A stretch of 64,000 bases of DNA from Callorhinchus milii (taxonomy: Eukaryota): positions 248,001 to 312,000 of the forward strand of contig NW_024704759.1 of NCBI RefSeq assembly GCF_018977255.1. The letters run 5' to 3'. A program made the position numbers and the translations under genes. Within the stretch, counting starts at the first letter, position 1; each line of letters opens with the position of its first letter. The notes under the pieces are model-generated. The model ran no database searches. It saw only the letters and a program-made list of their open reading frames with translations, and had not been told where the DNA came from. This document shows positions 41,626-54,436 of this stretch, piece by piece.

Positions 41626-42677
41626 AGCCAGCCTCGCCGCCAACTCCGCCCCCAGCCACAGCCCCCCCTCGCAGCCCCCCCTCGCAGCCCCCCCTCGCAG
41701 CCCCCCCACTCCTTGCATTCGAGTCTCAACACGTCTTTGAGATGTCTGTAAAGCGTAGTGACTGTGTGTTTTGTCGGAGAAACACGGCATTAAATTGCGC
41801 TCAGCAACTTGTACACAGCAGTGCACACAGTAGTCCCTACAAACAGTTGAGTGACCAATTTTTTTTAAAAAGGGTTTATTATCCCAAAAAAGCGATCCGT
41901 CAATCGACTCGCAGCCAATTCCTGCTGACTGCTGGGTAAACAGGCGTGTGAAGTAAGGAACTTGCCCAATGTTTCGCCCTACTCCTACACCATTATTAAT
42001 GTTTGTCCAGAAATTTCTGGTGATTTCCACGTGGAAACAACAACAATTTGCACCTTTATAAGCACCTTGCATGATCGGGTCGCGTCTCAGAGCACTTGAA
42101 AAACACAATAACAACGAGCGTTTGTTGCCACCTTCATTTAGTCGGTGACACAGTAGATGTTACTACCTACAGGATTGCAATACTAAATGAGGATTTCCTG
42201 TGAACCAGCACCAGCTGCTGGTAATCTCCTATTGACAGAATACCTCGGAAATGCTTGGAGTACCCAGTAATAGCCACAAGACAGCGATAGAACCTCATCT
42301 ATTACAGTGCTGCCTCATCTCATGAGTTGAGGATGTGAGGCGTTGAATCTGCTCAGAGATAATAATCTTTGCATGTGATACAGCGCCTTATCATGTAGTT
42401 AAGATGTCTCAAAGCGCTTCACAGTACTCACTGTAAAGTGGATTAACTTTATATTTTGTGGGTGAAAAGCAGCAGCGTCCCACAAACAGTCGTAGGTTGA
42501 GTGACCAAATTTTTTTTAAAAAAAGGGATTATTACCCCTGAAAAGCGATCCGCCAATCAACTAACAACCAAGTTCCTACTTACTGTTGGTAAACAGAGGT
42601 GTGTGGAGTAAAGAAACTTGCTCAATGTTTCTGTTAGGAAAGTTTAATTTGTCCACTTTCACAAATTGGGTGTAAAA

Positions 42678-43581
42678 CTCCTCTACACTGTGTGTCCACA
42701 CTCCCAGGTCAGGGTTAGAGACACAGTAACGCTCCTCCACACTGTGTGTCCACACTCCCAGGTCAGGGTTAGAGACACAGTAAAGTTCCCTCTACACTGT
42801 GTGTCCACACTCCCAGGTCAGGGTTAGAGACACAGTAACGCTCCTCTACACTGTGTGTCCACACTCCCAGGTCAGGGTTAGAGACACAGTAAAGTTCCCT
42901 CTACACTGTGTGTCCACACTCCCAGGTCAGGGTTAGAGACACAGTAACGCTCCTCCACACTGTGTGTCCACACTCCCAGGTCAGGGTTAGAGACACAGTA
43001 AAGTTCCCTCTACACTGTGTGTCCACACTCCCAGGTCAGGGTTAGAGACACAGTAACGCTCCTCTACACTGTGTGTCCACACTCCCAGGTCAGGGTTAGA
43101 GACACAGTAAAGTTCCCTCTACACTGTGTGTCCACACTCCCAGGTCAGGGTTAGAGACACAGTAAAGCTCCTCTACACTGTGTGTCCACACTCCCAGGTC
43201 AGGGTTAGAGACACAGTAACGCTCCCTCTACACTGTGCGTCCACACTCCCAAGGGGTTAAGACACAGTAACGCTCCCTCTACACTGTGCGTCCACACTCC
43301 CAGGTCAGGGTTAGAGACACAGTAAAGCTCTGTCTACACTGTGTGTCCACACTCCCAGGTCAGGGTTAGAGACACAGTAACGCTCCTCTACACTGTGTGT
43401 CCACACTCCCAGGTCAGGGTTAGAGACACAGTAACGCTCCCTCTACACTGTGTGTCCACACTCCCAGGTCAGGGTTAGAGACACAGTAACGCTCCTCTAC
43501 ACTGTGTGTCCACACTCCCAGGTCAGGGTTAGAGACACAGTAAAGCTCTCTCTACACTGTGTGTCCACACTCCCAGGTCAG
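42678..43581. repeat. ~59-60-bp tandem repeat CTCTACACTGTGTGTCCACACTCCCAGGTCAGGGTTAGAGACACAGTAA(A/C)GCTCC, ~15 copies
   Basis: Read directly. Confidence 0.95.
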
Positions 43582-43609
43582 CTGTGGCACAGATATCTCT
43601 TTATCAGAC

Positions 43610-43941
43610 TATAATAATAATAATAATAATCCTTGCATTTGATATAGCGCTTTTCACGTCGGGAGGACGTCCCAAAGCGCTTCACAGAATAAACTGTAAA
43701 GTGAATTGACTGTATATTTGTGGGTGAACGCGGCAGCCAATTGCGCACAGCAATATCCCACAAACAGTTGTAGATTGAAAATGACCAATTTTTTAATATT
43801 GTTTTTGGTTTTGGAGGGATTATTATTAGGCTCTGTGTGGAGTAAGGAAACTTGCCCAAGGTTTCGCCCTCTGCCTGGAATTGAACTCAGGTCTCTCACT
43901 TGCAAAGCAAGTGCTCTAACCACTGAGCTACAGGACTCCAC
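43610..43941 (-). mobile_element. Full-length tRNA-derived DeuSINE-like SINE
   Basis: Nearly identical to 24912-25238. Confidence 0.85.
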
Positions 43942-44065
43942 GGGACTATGAATATAAATGAATACAACAGTAACTCACATTTAAATGGCGCATTTCACGT
44001 GGGATGGTGCCTTAAATGAGCGCTTAAATGGTCAAGAATACAGAATTTTTGACCCTTTAGTGAGT

Positions 44066-44535
44066 CACCTACAAGGCCATTCACGGCCTCGCTGCCTCCT
44101 ACCTCTCTGACCTACTATCCCCCTACCTACCTGCCCGTACCCTCCGTTCCTCTGGCTCTGGTCTGCTCCACGTCCCCCGCCCCAACCGCCCTACCATCGG
44201 TGGTCGGGCCTTCAGCCTCTCAGCCCCAGGCTCTGGAACTCCATCCCCCAGTGCCTTCGCCGCTTCCTCCCTTTCCTCCTTCAAGGCCGGTCTCAAAACC
44301 TTTCTCTTTGACCGTGCCTTCAGCTCCCCTCTCGACTCTCTTCCCCCTCCTCGCTCCCTCCCTTCCCTCTCCTCACCCTGACCATTTCCCCCCTCCTCGC
44401 TCCCTCCCTTCCCTCACCCTGACCATTTCCCCCCTGCTCGGGCCATGACCCAACTGTGCAGCGCCTTGGGACGTCCTCCTGACGTGAAAGGCGCTTTATA
44501 AATGGAATCTTGTTGTTGTTGTTGTTGTTGTTGTT
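44066..44535 (+). mobile_element. L2 3' fragment with (TTG)n tail
   Basis: Matches 13340-13757. Confidence 0.85.
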
Positions 44536-45556
44536 TGTGCTCAATGGGGGAGAGCATCACTAACACTGTTTAACATGGGACTCCTATTGCTGGGGTAGAA
44601 AAGATTTAATTCCTGTCATCTGATTGAAGGAAAACTTGCATCATCCATTCCTGGACTGGGTGGTTTATCTGCAGTGAAACTTCTCATTGCTAAACACATG
44701 GGAAGAATTTTCCATGTCCTGATTTACAGCAGGAGGCATTTGCGAACAGTCAGCCTCATAAATAAAACACGTGCAGAAACCTGGCACCAACGCAGCTCAG
44801 CCCAAGTGTCGCTGATAATAAACTTGCCCACCTGTTACCAGGAGTCACTCCTGCCTGATTTAGCTTGGGTGTTGGGACATCAGACACAGTTGACCTATTT
44901 GGGAAACTTATTAAAGCAGATGGGAACCAGTAAGCATCATGAGCACTGACCAGTGGTCACTGTGCCAATTTAAAGGTTGGAAACATAGTTTAAGATTCAA
45001 ACTAAATCTCTCCTAGACAGGCAACCTTCCTTCCATTGAATTTCACCTCCACCTTCTTATTGTCACCAGGTTTCACATTGTGGGGCGTGTTCAGAAATTC
45101 TTTACAGTCAGTTCTCCAAGAGAAAGTTGCTCACTCTAAACACAAACCTAAAGAAGGGAGAATAGAATATTATTTCTTTCCCACTGGAGCTCTCTACTCT
45201 CTTCCCATTCCCTGCTCTCTCCCCAATGTGTCTGTGCTAGTGCTCACTCCCCAACTGGACAAATTTGCTCTGGTGACTACTTTGTTGTTATCCGGTAGGA
45301 ACAACTTGAAGCATCGCAGGAAAGAGACAGCAAAAGATCTCTCAGTGGTCGTCTGGTTTAGATCCGCTTAACACAATTCTGGGCGTCTGTATGTCAGATC
45401 ACCAACAACAAAAAAGTAGACTGCAATGAATGGTGAGGAGGGTTAAAAGGTAGATGCAACCTAAAATTCAATCATTGCAAACAATTCCACATGGGAATGA
45501 TTTATTGCGAACAGTTCCATGTGGTAGTTATGTGGAACCTTTACAAATTGCTGATT

Positions 45557-46005
45557 GGGCCTCAGTTGGAGTATTGTGTCTGATTCTGGGCACCGAACTT
45601 TAGGAAGGATGTCAGGGCTTTTGGAGAGAGTGCAGAGGAGATTTACAAGAATGGTACCAGGGATGAGGGACTACAATTATGTGAAGAGACTAGAGAGACT
45701 GGGATTATTCTCCTTAGAGCAGAGAAAGTTGAGGGGACACAGATTTAAGATAATTGGCAAAAGAACCAGAGTGGAGACAAGGAGAATTTTTCGTTTCCCA
45801 GACTTGTTACGGTCTGGAATGCACTGCCTGAAAGGGTGGTGGAAGCAGATCAGATAGTAGCTTTCAAAGCGGAATTAGATAGCTACTTAAAAAGGAAACA
45901 ACTTGCTCGCTATGGAGTAAGAGCAGGGGAGTAGCACTAGTTAGTAGCTCTTTCAAAGAGCCGGCACAGGCACGATGGGCCAAATGGCCTCCTCTTGTGC
46001 TGTAA
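45557..46005 (+). mobile_element. CR1 LINE 3' fragment
   Basis: LERVQRRFTRMVPGMRDYNYVKRLERLGLFSLEQRKLRG and 3'UTR GATGGGCCAAATGGCCTCCT. Confidence 0.8.
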
Positions 46006-47189
46006 TTTAAAAATGTAGGAGCCAGATTATGGAATATTAATTACAGTTTATGGTGTGTAAAGATCCATTACAGGATAATAATAATAATCTTTGCATTTGA
46101 TATAGCGCTTTTCACATCTTCTCAACGTCTCAAAGTGCTTCACAGAATAGACTGTAAAGTGAATTGACTGTATATCTGTGGGCGAACGCGGCAGCCAATT
46201 GCACACAGCAGTGTCCCACAAACAGTCGTGGATTGAAAATGACTAGTTTATTATTTTGTCCTGCCTGGAATTGAACCCAGGTGTTTCGCTTGCAAGGCGA
46301 GTGCTCTGTATAAAAATAATAGACAAACATTCTGGAGGAATCTCTCCCCCAATTTCTCATCAACCAAGGCCATTGTGTGATTACATAGCGATAATCTACT
46401 GCCACACAGTGAAATAACAACCCCCCCCACCCACACACCCATCCTGATCCCAACACGTGTGGTGTTTGCAAACTGTCAGGAATTCTGATGTGGAAATGGC
46501 AGGCTCTTTGTTCCTCACTAACTGGGCAGAAAGATGCATGTCACGGCACCAGGTTACATTAATAGTGAGAGTTTCACACGAGGTTATTATACTTTTTTAT
46601 TCTCATTGGACTGAAGGCGAAACCTTGGGCAAGTTTCCTTACTCCACACACACCTAATAATGATCCCTCCAAACTCAAACAATAATAAATTGGTCATTTT
46701 CAATCCACAGAGGAAAAAAGAAATAAATAAGTATCTCTACTTTCAGAACTCTGCCACCTGCATACTGGCCCAGGCTCCACTAGCTCCCCATCACCAAACA
46801 GATCGACTTCAAGATCCTCACTCTCGTGTTCAAATCCCTTCACTCCCTGGCACCTCCCTCCCTCTCCGACCTCCTCACTCCCCAATCCACCACCTGCACC
46901 TCCGCTCAACTGGCACCAGTGTGAGTGTGTGTGTGAGTGTGTGTTTACCAGCACCGAGTACAGTCACGACACAGTAAACAGCTTGGTCCCAACTTGTTCA
47001 CCTGGACAAATTGAAACTTTCCTAACAGAAACGTTGGACAAGTTTCCTTACTCCACACACCTCTGTTTACCTATAAGTAAGTAGGAACCCAGTAGTTAGT
47101 CGATTTACGGATTGCTTTTCCAGGGGTAATAATCCTTTCAAAAATACAATAAAATAAAATTTTAAAATTTGGTCACTCAATCGGCTGAG

Positions 47190-47468
47190 ACCTGAGAGAC
47201 CTGAGTTCAATTCCAGGCAGGGCGACCTTGGGCAAATTTCCTTACTCCACACAGAGCCTAATAATAATCCCTCCAAAACCAAAACAATAATAAATTGGTC
47301 ATCTTCAATCCACGACTATTTGTGGGACATTGCTGTGTGCAATTGCTTGCCGCGTTTGCCCTCAAATATACAGTCAATTCACTTTACAGTATGTTCTGTG
47401 AAGCGCTTTGGGACGTCCTCCCGACGTGAAAAGCGCTATATCAAATGCAAGGATTATTATTATTATTT
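47190..47468 (+). mobile_element. DeuSINE-like SINE, 5'-truncated, following another SINE fragment (47003-47180)
   Basis: Same core and tail as the other copies. Confidence 0.8.
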
Positions 47469-48452
47469 ATTGTGGGACACTACTGTGTTCAGTGTTTTTC
47501 TGTACTTCGCTCTCTCTCATTTGCTTTAGATGTGATCTAGGTTCAGAATCGTTCTCACCTCTGGGTCAGAAAATTGTGACTTTAAGCCTCAGGAGAAGAC
47601 TGTGCTCAGTCCGTCCTGACACTGGTGGGACACTGCGTTGTCTAAATTGTGGTTCTTAGGTTAGGACGTCAGAGCCTGTTCAGGTGGATGTTAAAGATCC
47701 CTCCACACTATTCATAAAGAGGAAGGAATTTTTACCACAATCTTTTTGATAAATTAATCATTTGCTATTTGTGCCCCTCCCCACCCCACCCCCTTCTCCG
47801 TTTTTCTTTAAATCCCATGGATTGTGTTTCTGTCCCCTTCTCTGTGACAGATCCACTCAGTGTAACACACTCTCAGGCGTCACCCGATGTGAAAAGGATG
47901 CAAGTTGTTATTGTTATTGTAGGATTTTGCTGTTTAATTTGCTTAAAATGCACTTTACACCAAATGAGCTAAATCACATTACAAATTCAGGATTGTGGGG
48001 AATCTGATACAACAGCTCCACATTGAACTCTCAATGTGACATTTTAACTCAAAGTTTAATAAACAACCAGAGCAAATTTATTTATAAATAGAAGCTTATA
48101 ATTACTTGATAATTTCTGGTGAAGGGCATGGAGTCTACATAGACCTGAAGCTTAAATTTCAATGAGCAGTGTAACTTTGGTGTAAAAATAGACACCTTTT
48201 TCTTTCAGATTGCATCGATGTGTTTGAAGCTTGAAAACTAAACATAACTTGTGCAGAACTCCTGCTCAGATTGTACATGAATAAACAGGATGTCTGCCAC
48301 CAACAGATTATAAACTCATGGAATCATAGAGAATCATTCGAGATGTATCAAAGTGCTTCACAAAATATACTGTAAAGTGTGTTGACTGTATTTTTGTGGG
48401 TGAAACGTGCAGCCAATTATGCACAGCAATGTCTCACAAACAGTGGTGACCG

Positions 48453-48477
48453 NNNNNNNNNNNNNNNNNNNNNNNNN
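48453..48477. other. 25-N assembly gap at the left TIMMDC1 inversion breakpoint
   Basis: N run directly abutting the broken exon 6. Confidence 0.95.
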
Positions 48478-51400
48478 TCCCGCACAGTCTCTCCATTAGC
48501 TTTTTGCATCGACATCAGCAAGGCCCCAGTGGGTAACCTGCAACACAAGCCAGGGGCCAAGTCAGATTCCAAAACAGACGTCAGCAACATTGATGATGAA
48601 ATACAGTCCCGCACAGAACCTGTGACAAACGGGTGACACGGTGTCATCAGTCGCTGCTTGGTTATTGGCTCCGACATCTTCAGATTGTTATGTGAGAGGC
48701 CACGAGTGAGTGAGGGATGATTGTAGGATTAATCTCTCACCTACACGGCAGGAACCGCTCACCAGGAACTCACCCCAACACTGCCCCGATCACCATGCCG
48801 GCCAAACCTCCACCCACGCCAAGATTCAACCGGAACAATCCACCCGTAATTGCTGAAAAACAAGAATCTTTCACATTGAAAGTTGCAATGATCAAGCACT
48901 TTTTAAAGTGATTGAAATAAAAGGAAATGTAACATTCTAGACCCTGGTGTGGACAAGGCCCCGAGGAGAGCAGCCGCAGTCTAACCATTGCACCTCACTC
49001 TCACCTACAGCTGCACCATTGGTACCCACTTCCCCCACAGAATTGATTACATTAGCCTCCTGTTGCTGTGCAGTGTACCAGCAGATGCTGACTACACAAG
49101 GCCTAAACCAACCACTGGGAAGTGAGTTCAAACACCAAATCAGCACTGTCACACGCAGCTGAGATTAGGAACTCAGCACATGGTGGGAAGCATTGGGAGA
49201 CAACTGGTTTCCTCTGGAGTCCTGTAGCTCAGTGGTTAGAGCACTCGCTTTGCAAGTGAGAGACCCGAGTTCAATCCCCGGCAGGTCAGGGCGAAACCTT
49301 GGGCAAGTTTCCTTACTCCACACAGAACCTAATAATAATCCCTCCAAAACCAAAATAATAATAAATTGGTCATTTTCAATCTACGACTGTTTGTGGGGCA
49401 TTGCTGTGCGCAATTGGCTGCTGCGTTCGCCCACAAATATACAGTCAATTCACTTTACAGTGTGTTCTGTGAAGCGCTTTAGGACGTCCTCCCGACGTGA
49501 AAAGCGCTATATCAAATGCAAGGATTATTATTATTTTTATTACCACTGTACCACACCCAAACACCACTAACACCAGACCTGCTGTTACTATGAGTAAATT
49601 ACACATGCCCTTGCAGTACAGGATTCAATATAGAAGGGATCTTACCACCAGCCACAGAGTAATGTGTGAGGATATTCTGGTCTCGATACACGGACAGGCC
49701 TGTGCTCACAATGCTGTTCAAGAGGAGAAAAATGCATTAACACTGAAAACTTGCAATGGTTAAAATTCAGAATTCTCTGCCCCCAACTGTAGTTGAACCA
49801 GGATCTATTTTAGCAACTATTGTTACAAGAATTAGATGCTTGATGAGGAGGAATTTTATTCACAAATTCACTTTACAGTCTATTCTATTCTATTCTATTC
49901 TATTCTCTTCTGTGAAGCGCTTTGAGACGTCAAGAAGAAGTGAAAAGCTCTATATCAAATGCAAGGATTATTATTATTATTTAATGTGTGTGTGTTGGAG
50001 GGGATTAGGCTGGGTGGTATTTTCAGATAGGGAAAAATACTAGTTCATAAATGATGGGCTGAATGGTCTGTTTCTGTGCTTCTAAATAATATAATAATCC
50101 TTTTGTTCGGTACGTGACAGAAGAAGGACACCTCAAAACACTTCACAGAATTTACTATAAAATGTAGTGACATGAGCAGTGCAATGGGATTTTCACATCT
50201 GCCTGAACAGGCACAGACAGGACCCAGGTTTAACATCTCAGTTGAAGGATGGCACCTGACAATGCAGGGCTACCCCAGGCCTGCACTGAGGCGTTAGCTG
50301 AGACTATACAAGTTCAAAGTCACTGACATGTGACTTGAACCCACAACCTTCTAATTCAGAGGCAAGAATGCTACCAACTGGCTACACATTGAAGGCCTGA
50401 TCTTTGGTCTTTCCCTGGTTACCTGGTTACCTGTGAGCCTGTTCTCCAGTTACCCGTTACCTATTACCTGGTTACCTGATTATTCACTGAAATCACATGG
50501 AGCTCGAACGGTCACTTACTTGAATACTGTCACAAAGGCTGTCACTCTCCAGCTCCACCGCCAGCCGTACCGGATAAAGCCACGGATGGCGGCATTATGT
50601 GCTGAGCGCTGTGAGGGAGCAAGAGGGAGGGAGTGAGACAGGGTGTGCGCAACAGTGCATCTCTCTTCCTGCTGCCACGATCACCCCCCTCCCCTCCCTC
50701 CCAACAACATGAGGGTCTGTCTTCCCCTCACTGAGTGTACGATTCACCATCGCTTTCAGCAGCCTTCACAACAGAGCACTGAGACGAGACACAGCAACGA
50801 TTTAAACCGTTACACTAGTCCTCGCTTTCCAACACTTGTCATAAAGTACAAGCAAGCACACAATGCTGCTACAAAGCCAATGAACTCACCACAGCTTCAA
50901 TGCGATGTTTGTACACTTCAGCCTGGCTCAGCTCGATGTAGCGTTTCCTAGCGTGCTGAGCAGCAGGAATGCCCCCGTACACCAGCCCCACACTCCCAGC
51001 CATCAATGCCCCCTTCCAGATGTTCATTAGTTCCTCAGGATAGCTTTGCATCCGCCTGTGAACAAAGTACAGGCACTGAGGCCAGGCACAGCTGGGACAC
51101 GGCTTAGTGACATGTCTCCCATAGCCCCACGTACCCTCAGAGGACATTCTCGCATTGGCAGGATGTGACTAATGGAGTGCCACAAGGATCAGTGCTGGGC
51201 CTCAACTATTTACAATTTACATCAATGATCTCGACGAGGACATTGAATGTAACGTAACTAAATTCACGGATGACACTAAACTCGGTGGGAGAGTAAGCTC
51301 TGAGGATGATGCAAAAAGATTGCAACGGTATATAGGTGGGCGAGGGGAGTGGGCGAGTAGGTGGCAGATGGAATTTAATGTGGGGGAGTGTGAAGCTATT

Positions 51401-52519
51401 CACCAAGGTAGAAAAAATAGAAAAACAGATTATTTTCTAGAGGGGGAGAGATTAGATAGTGTTAGTGTGCAGAGGGTGTCCTTGTACACCAGTCTCAAAA
51501 AGTTAGTTTGCAGGTGCAGCAGCAACTAAGAAGGCGAATGGCATGTTAGCGTTCATTGCTAAAGGTTTAGAGTACAGGAGTAGGGAAGTCTTGCTGCAAC
51601 TGTATAGGGCCCCGGTGAGATTCCTAAAGGGCTGATAAAGTAGACACTGAGGGTCTGTTTCCCCGGGAGGAGAATCTATAACAAGGGGTCACAGTCTGAA
51701 AATTAAGGGTCAGCCTTTTAGAACAGAGTTGAGGAAACATTTGTTCACTCAGAGGGCAGTGAATTTATGGAATTCACTACCCCAGAAGAGCTGTAGATGC
51801 TCAGTCCTTGAACATCTTCAAGGCTGAGACTGAGAGAGGGATTAGGGGATATGGGGAGAGGGCAGGTAATTAGAGTTAGGTCAGAAGATCAGCCATGATC
51901 TTATCGAATGGCGGGGCAGGGCTCGAGTGGCCGAATGGCCGACTCCTGCTCCTAATTCTTATGTTCTTATGTTCTTATGTTCTTAGGTACCCCACACGCA
52001 GCTCAGCCAACACAAGGCCCAGTGAGTAAGAAATCTGCAGCCACAAACAGCGAGATGTGAATTGCAGGTGTACAGAGCAGGTAATGCCCGGCAAAGGCTA
52101 ACCTCAGATACACTTAGGGGCAGAATTTGTTCTCAAAACTATGTTTTTCATTTGAATACAAACTGCGTAACTCACGCTGCCTACAATCTTTTTCCAAAAA
52201 CTTCTGTTCAGTAACACAGAATTACATTGTGACAAGCTCCGCCCACAGAATGGAATCAAACCACGACTCACTCTTGGTCAAACAGCTCCCGGATTCGGTC
52301 CCAACCGCTTTCTGACACCTGAAGATTTGTGATGTGTTTGGGCAGAAAGCGCTTCTCCAGCTGCTCAGCCTCCAGCCCCAAGTCACCAGCTGCCAACACA
52401 CGCGGGAGATGGAGATGTCCGAGGTGATGGAGAGGCAGACATCTCTGGAGCATGAAGAGATACCGAACCAACCTGATGTTACTGCCTCCTGCCTCTCGCT
52501 TATCATCCTCTTCAGCCAT
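48478..52519 (-). CDS. TIMMDC1: TIMMDC1 (complex I assembly factor) coding exons 1-5 and 5' part of exon 6, inside an inverted block
   Basis: Exons 52519-52272, 51055-50890, 50608-50520, 49713-49646, 48852-48774 and 48537-48478 (ends at the N gap). Motifs [61 protein letters not shown]. Confidence 0.93.
49216..49540 (+). mobile_element. Full-length tRNA-derived DeuSINE-like SINE in a TIMMDC1 intron
   Basis: Head GGAGTCCTGTAGCTCAGTGG through tail GCAAGGATTATTATTAT. Confidence 0.85.
51145..51985 (+). mobile_element. CR1 fragment, near-identical to 21917-22948, with an internal deletion
   Basis: Direct sequence match; (TTCTTATG)n tail. Confidence 0.9.
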
Positions 52520-52789
52520 CTTCAATAATGTCTATCAAGGTAAGAGAAACCAGTGAGAAATCACCAGCAAATAACCCCCACACACTCACAGTGCAACAGA
52601 CCAGCGAGGAGGGGACGGAGTCACGCCAATGCATCTTTATATTACTGCAGTGCCTTTCATGTCGGGAGGATATCCCAAGGTGTTGGACACAGCTCTCCCG
52701 ACAGAAGCTCAGCTCCCGGAGAAATATTACAGGGAAGTCCTCAAACGTCCGAGCCCCAAAAGGAGAGCAGTTCCGAGCCTCAACTCCGA

Positions 52790-53530
52790 CCCCCAACCCT
52801 GCCCCCAACCCCAACCCTGCCCCCAACCCCAACCCTACCCCAACCCAACCCCAACCCTGCCCCAACCCCAACCCTACCCCAACCCTACCCCAACCCCAAC
52901 CCCAACCCTGCCCAACCCCAACCCTCCACCCCAACCCCACCCCAACCACCCCAACCCTACCCCAACACCCCAACCCCAGCCATACCCCAACCCAGCCCTA
53001 CCCCAACCCCAGCCCTACCCCAACCCTAACCCAACCCCAACCCACCCAACCCCAACCCCACCCCAACCCCAGCCATACCCCAACCCCAGCCCTACCCCAA
53101 CCCCAGCCCTACCCCAACCCTACCCCAACCCTACCACAACCCCAACCCCAACCCCAACCCTACCCCAACCCCAGCCCTACCCCAACCCTACCCCAACCCC
53201 AACCCTACCCCAACCCCAACCCTACCCCAACCCCAGCCCTACCCCAACCCCAACCCTACCCAACACCCAACCCTGCCCCCAACCCCAACCCTGCCCCCCA
53301 ACCCCAACCCCCCTACCCAACAACCCTACCCCAACCCCAACCCTGCCCCAACCCTACCCCAACCCAACCCTACCCCAACCCTACCCCAACCCCACCCTAC
53401 CCCAACCCCCCCTACCCCCACCCACCCTACCCCAACCCCACCCTACCCCAACCCCAGCCCTACCCCAACCCTACCCTCCCCAACCCTACCCCAACCCCAA
53501 CCCTACCCCAACCCCAACCCTACCCCAACC
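52790..53530. repeat. Hexamer-based C-rich repeat (CCCAAC/CCCTAC/CCCTGC)
   Basis: Read directly; ends exactly at the TIMMDC1 inversion breakpoint. Confidence 0.95.
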
Positions 53531-54054
53531 GCAAAGGCGCAGGGAGCAGAGAGAGCTGTACCAGCTCAAAGTGCAAGAATGGTAGGCTCTTGGTGTTTGC
53601 CTGCCACAAGTAATCTCTAGATTGAGAGACTGAGTAAACTGGTTATATTAGTAGGAGTTTGGGTGGTTGACGGGGTGATCTGGTTCAGTTCACAATAATG
53701 AAAGGTAAATGAAGCGATGCCTTGACCAGGCAAGTGGACCTGACTGGAAATCCAGAAACACATTCTTTACACACAGAGTCACCAAGAAAGAAATGGATAT
53801 TTATTTGCTTTGTAAGTGATTATTAGGGAGAAAAAGTAGGGAATTGGCATTAAAGAGTTGCCACAGATTTAATACAAAGCAGGCTTGACTGTTCCTGTTG
53901 TGATGGTGGTTTGTCGCTTTCCCACAGGGATGCCAGGCTCAATGTGACAGAAGGATTGATCCAAGAAATTGATCAGACGATTGAAAAAGGTCGAATGGAA
54001 AAGGATTTGGAGAAAATAGAAGAATTATTAAATCGTCCCAAAAATCCTGAGTAA
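53531..54054 (+). CDS. TIMMDC1: TIMMDC1 3' part of exon 6 (53531-53581) and terminal exon 7 (53928-54054)
   Basis: G CAA AGG CGC AGG GAG...GAA TG|gtagg gives [17 protein letters not shown]. cccacag|G GAT GCC AGG...CCT GAG TAA gives [41 protein letters not shown]. Both resemble the TIMMDC1 C-terminus (ELKLEEWKGRLQVTE...KIEALLNLPRNP) and phases fit. Confidence 0.88.
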
Positions 54055-54436
54055 CCAATGGACAGAAAATCAGGTGGACCGAAAAAAAAATTGTCAAATT
54101 GTAAATGAAGGAAAGATTCTGGTAAATATCTGTCCAATCAACTGCTATTGGGGCAAATAGCAATGCTGGCCCAGAGGAGGAGGCTACATCTGGATTTTAT
54201 AAGACTACAAATGTTTGATTCATATTTAGACATTTATGAGTCAGCCAAACTTGTTTCTATCGCTAGCATGGTGTAGTGATGTATTGGAAAAGGTTGATTG
54301 GTGTAAATTTTATAATAGAATATAAGTAATAGTTCCAACAAATCACTCTCACCTTGGGCTGGGCTGAAGCCCTGCTTCATTGCTGCTCAGCTTTTGGCCA
54401 CACCAGATGGATCACGACTCGGTCAGTGTGACAGAA

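Noticed and set aside
36890-42114. Very long Pro/Ala/Gly-rich ORFs (up to 1616 aa)
   Set aside because: They are stop-free translations of the 18-bp minisatellite, open in several frames on both strands.
42678-43581. Regularly spaced repeats resembling a CRISPR array
   Set aside because: There are no unique spacers; it is a head-to-tail satellite in a vertebrate genome.
45000-45370. Short exon-like minus-strand reading (DCKEFLNTPHNVKPGDNKKVEVKFNG...)
   Set aside because: No convincing splice sites, an upstream in-frame stop and no recognisable homology.
48050-48350. Putative TIMMDC1 3'UTR with a minus-strand AATAAA
   Set aside because: The true terminal exon is at 53928-54054 (+), so this region is upstream of the corrected gene.
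49216-49290. tRNA-Ala(TGC)-like sequence
   Set aside because: It is the head of a SINE, continuous with the SINE body and tail, and the acceptor stem is imperfect.
52790-53530. Possible interstitial telomere
   Set aside because: Units are CCCAAC/CCCTAC; canonical CCCTAA is almost absent, so it is telomere-like only in skew.
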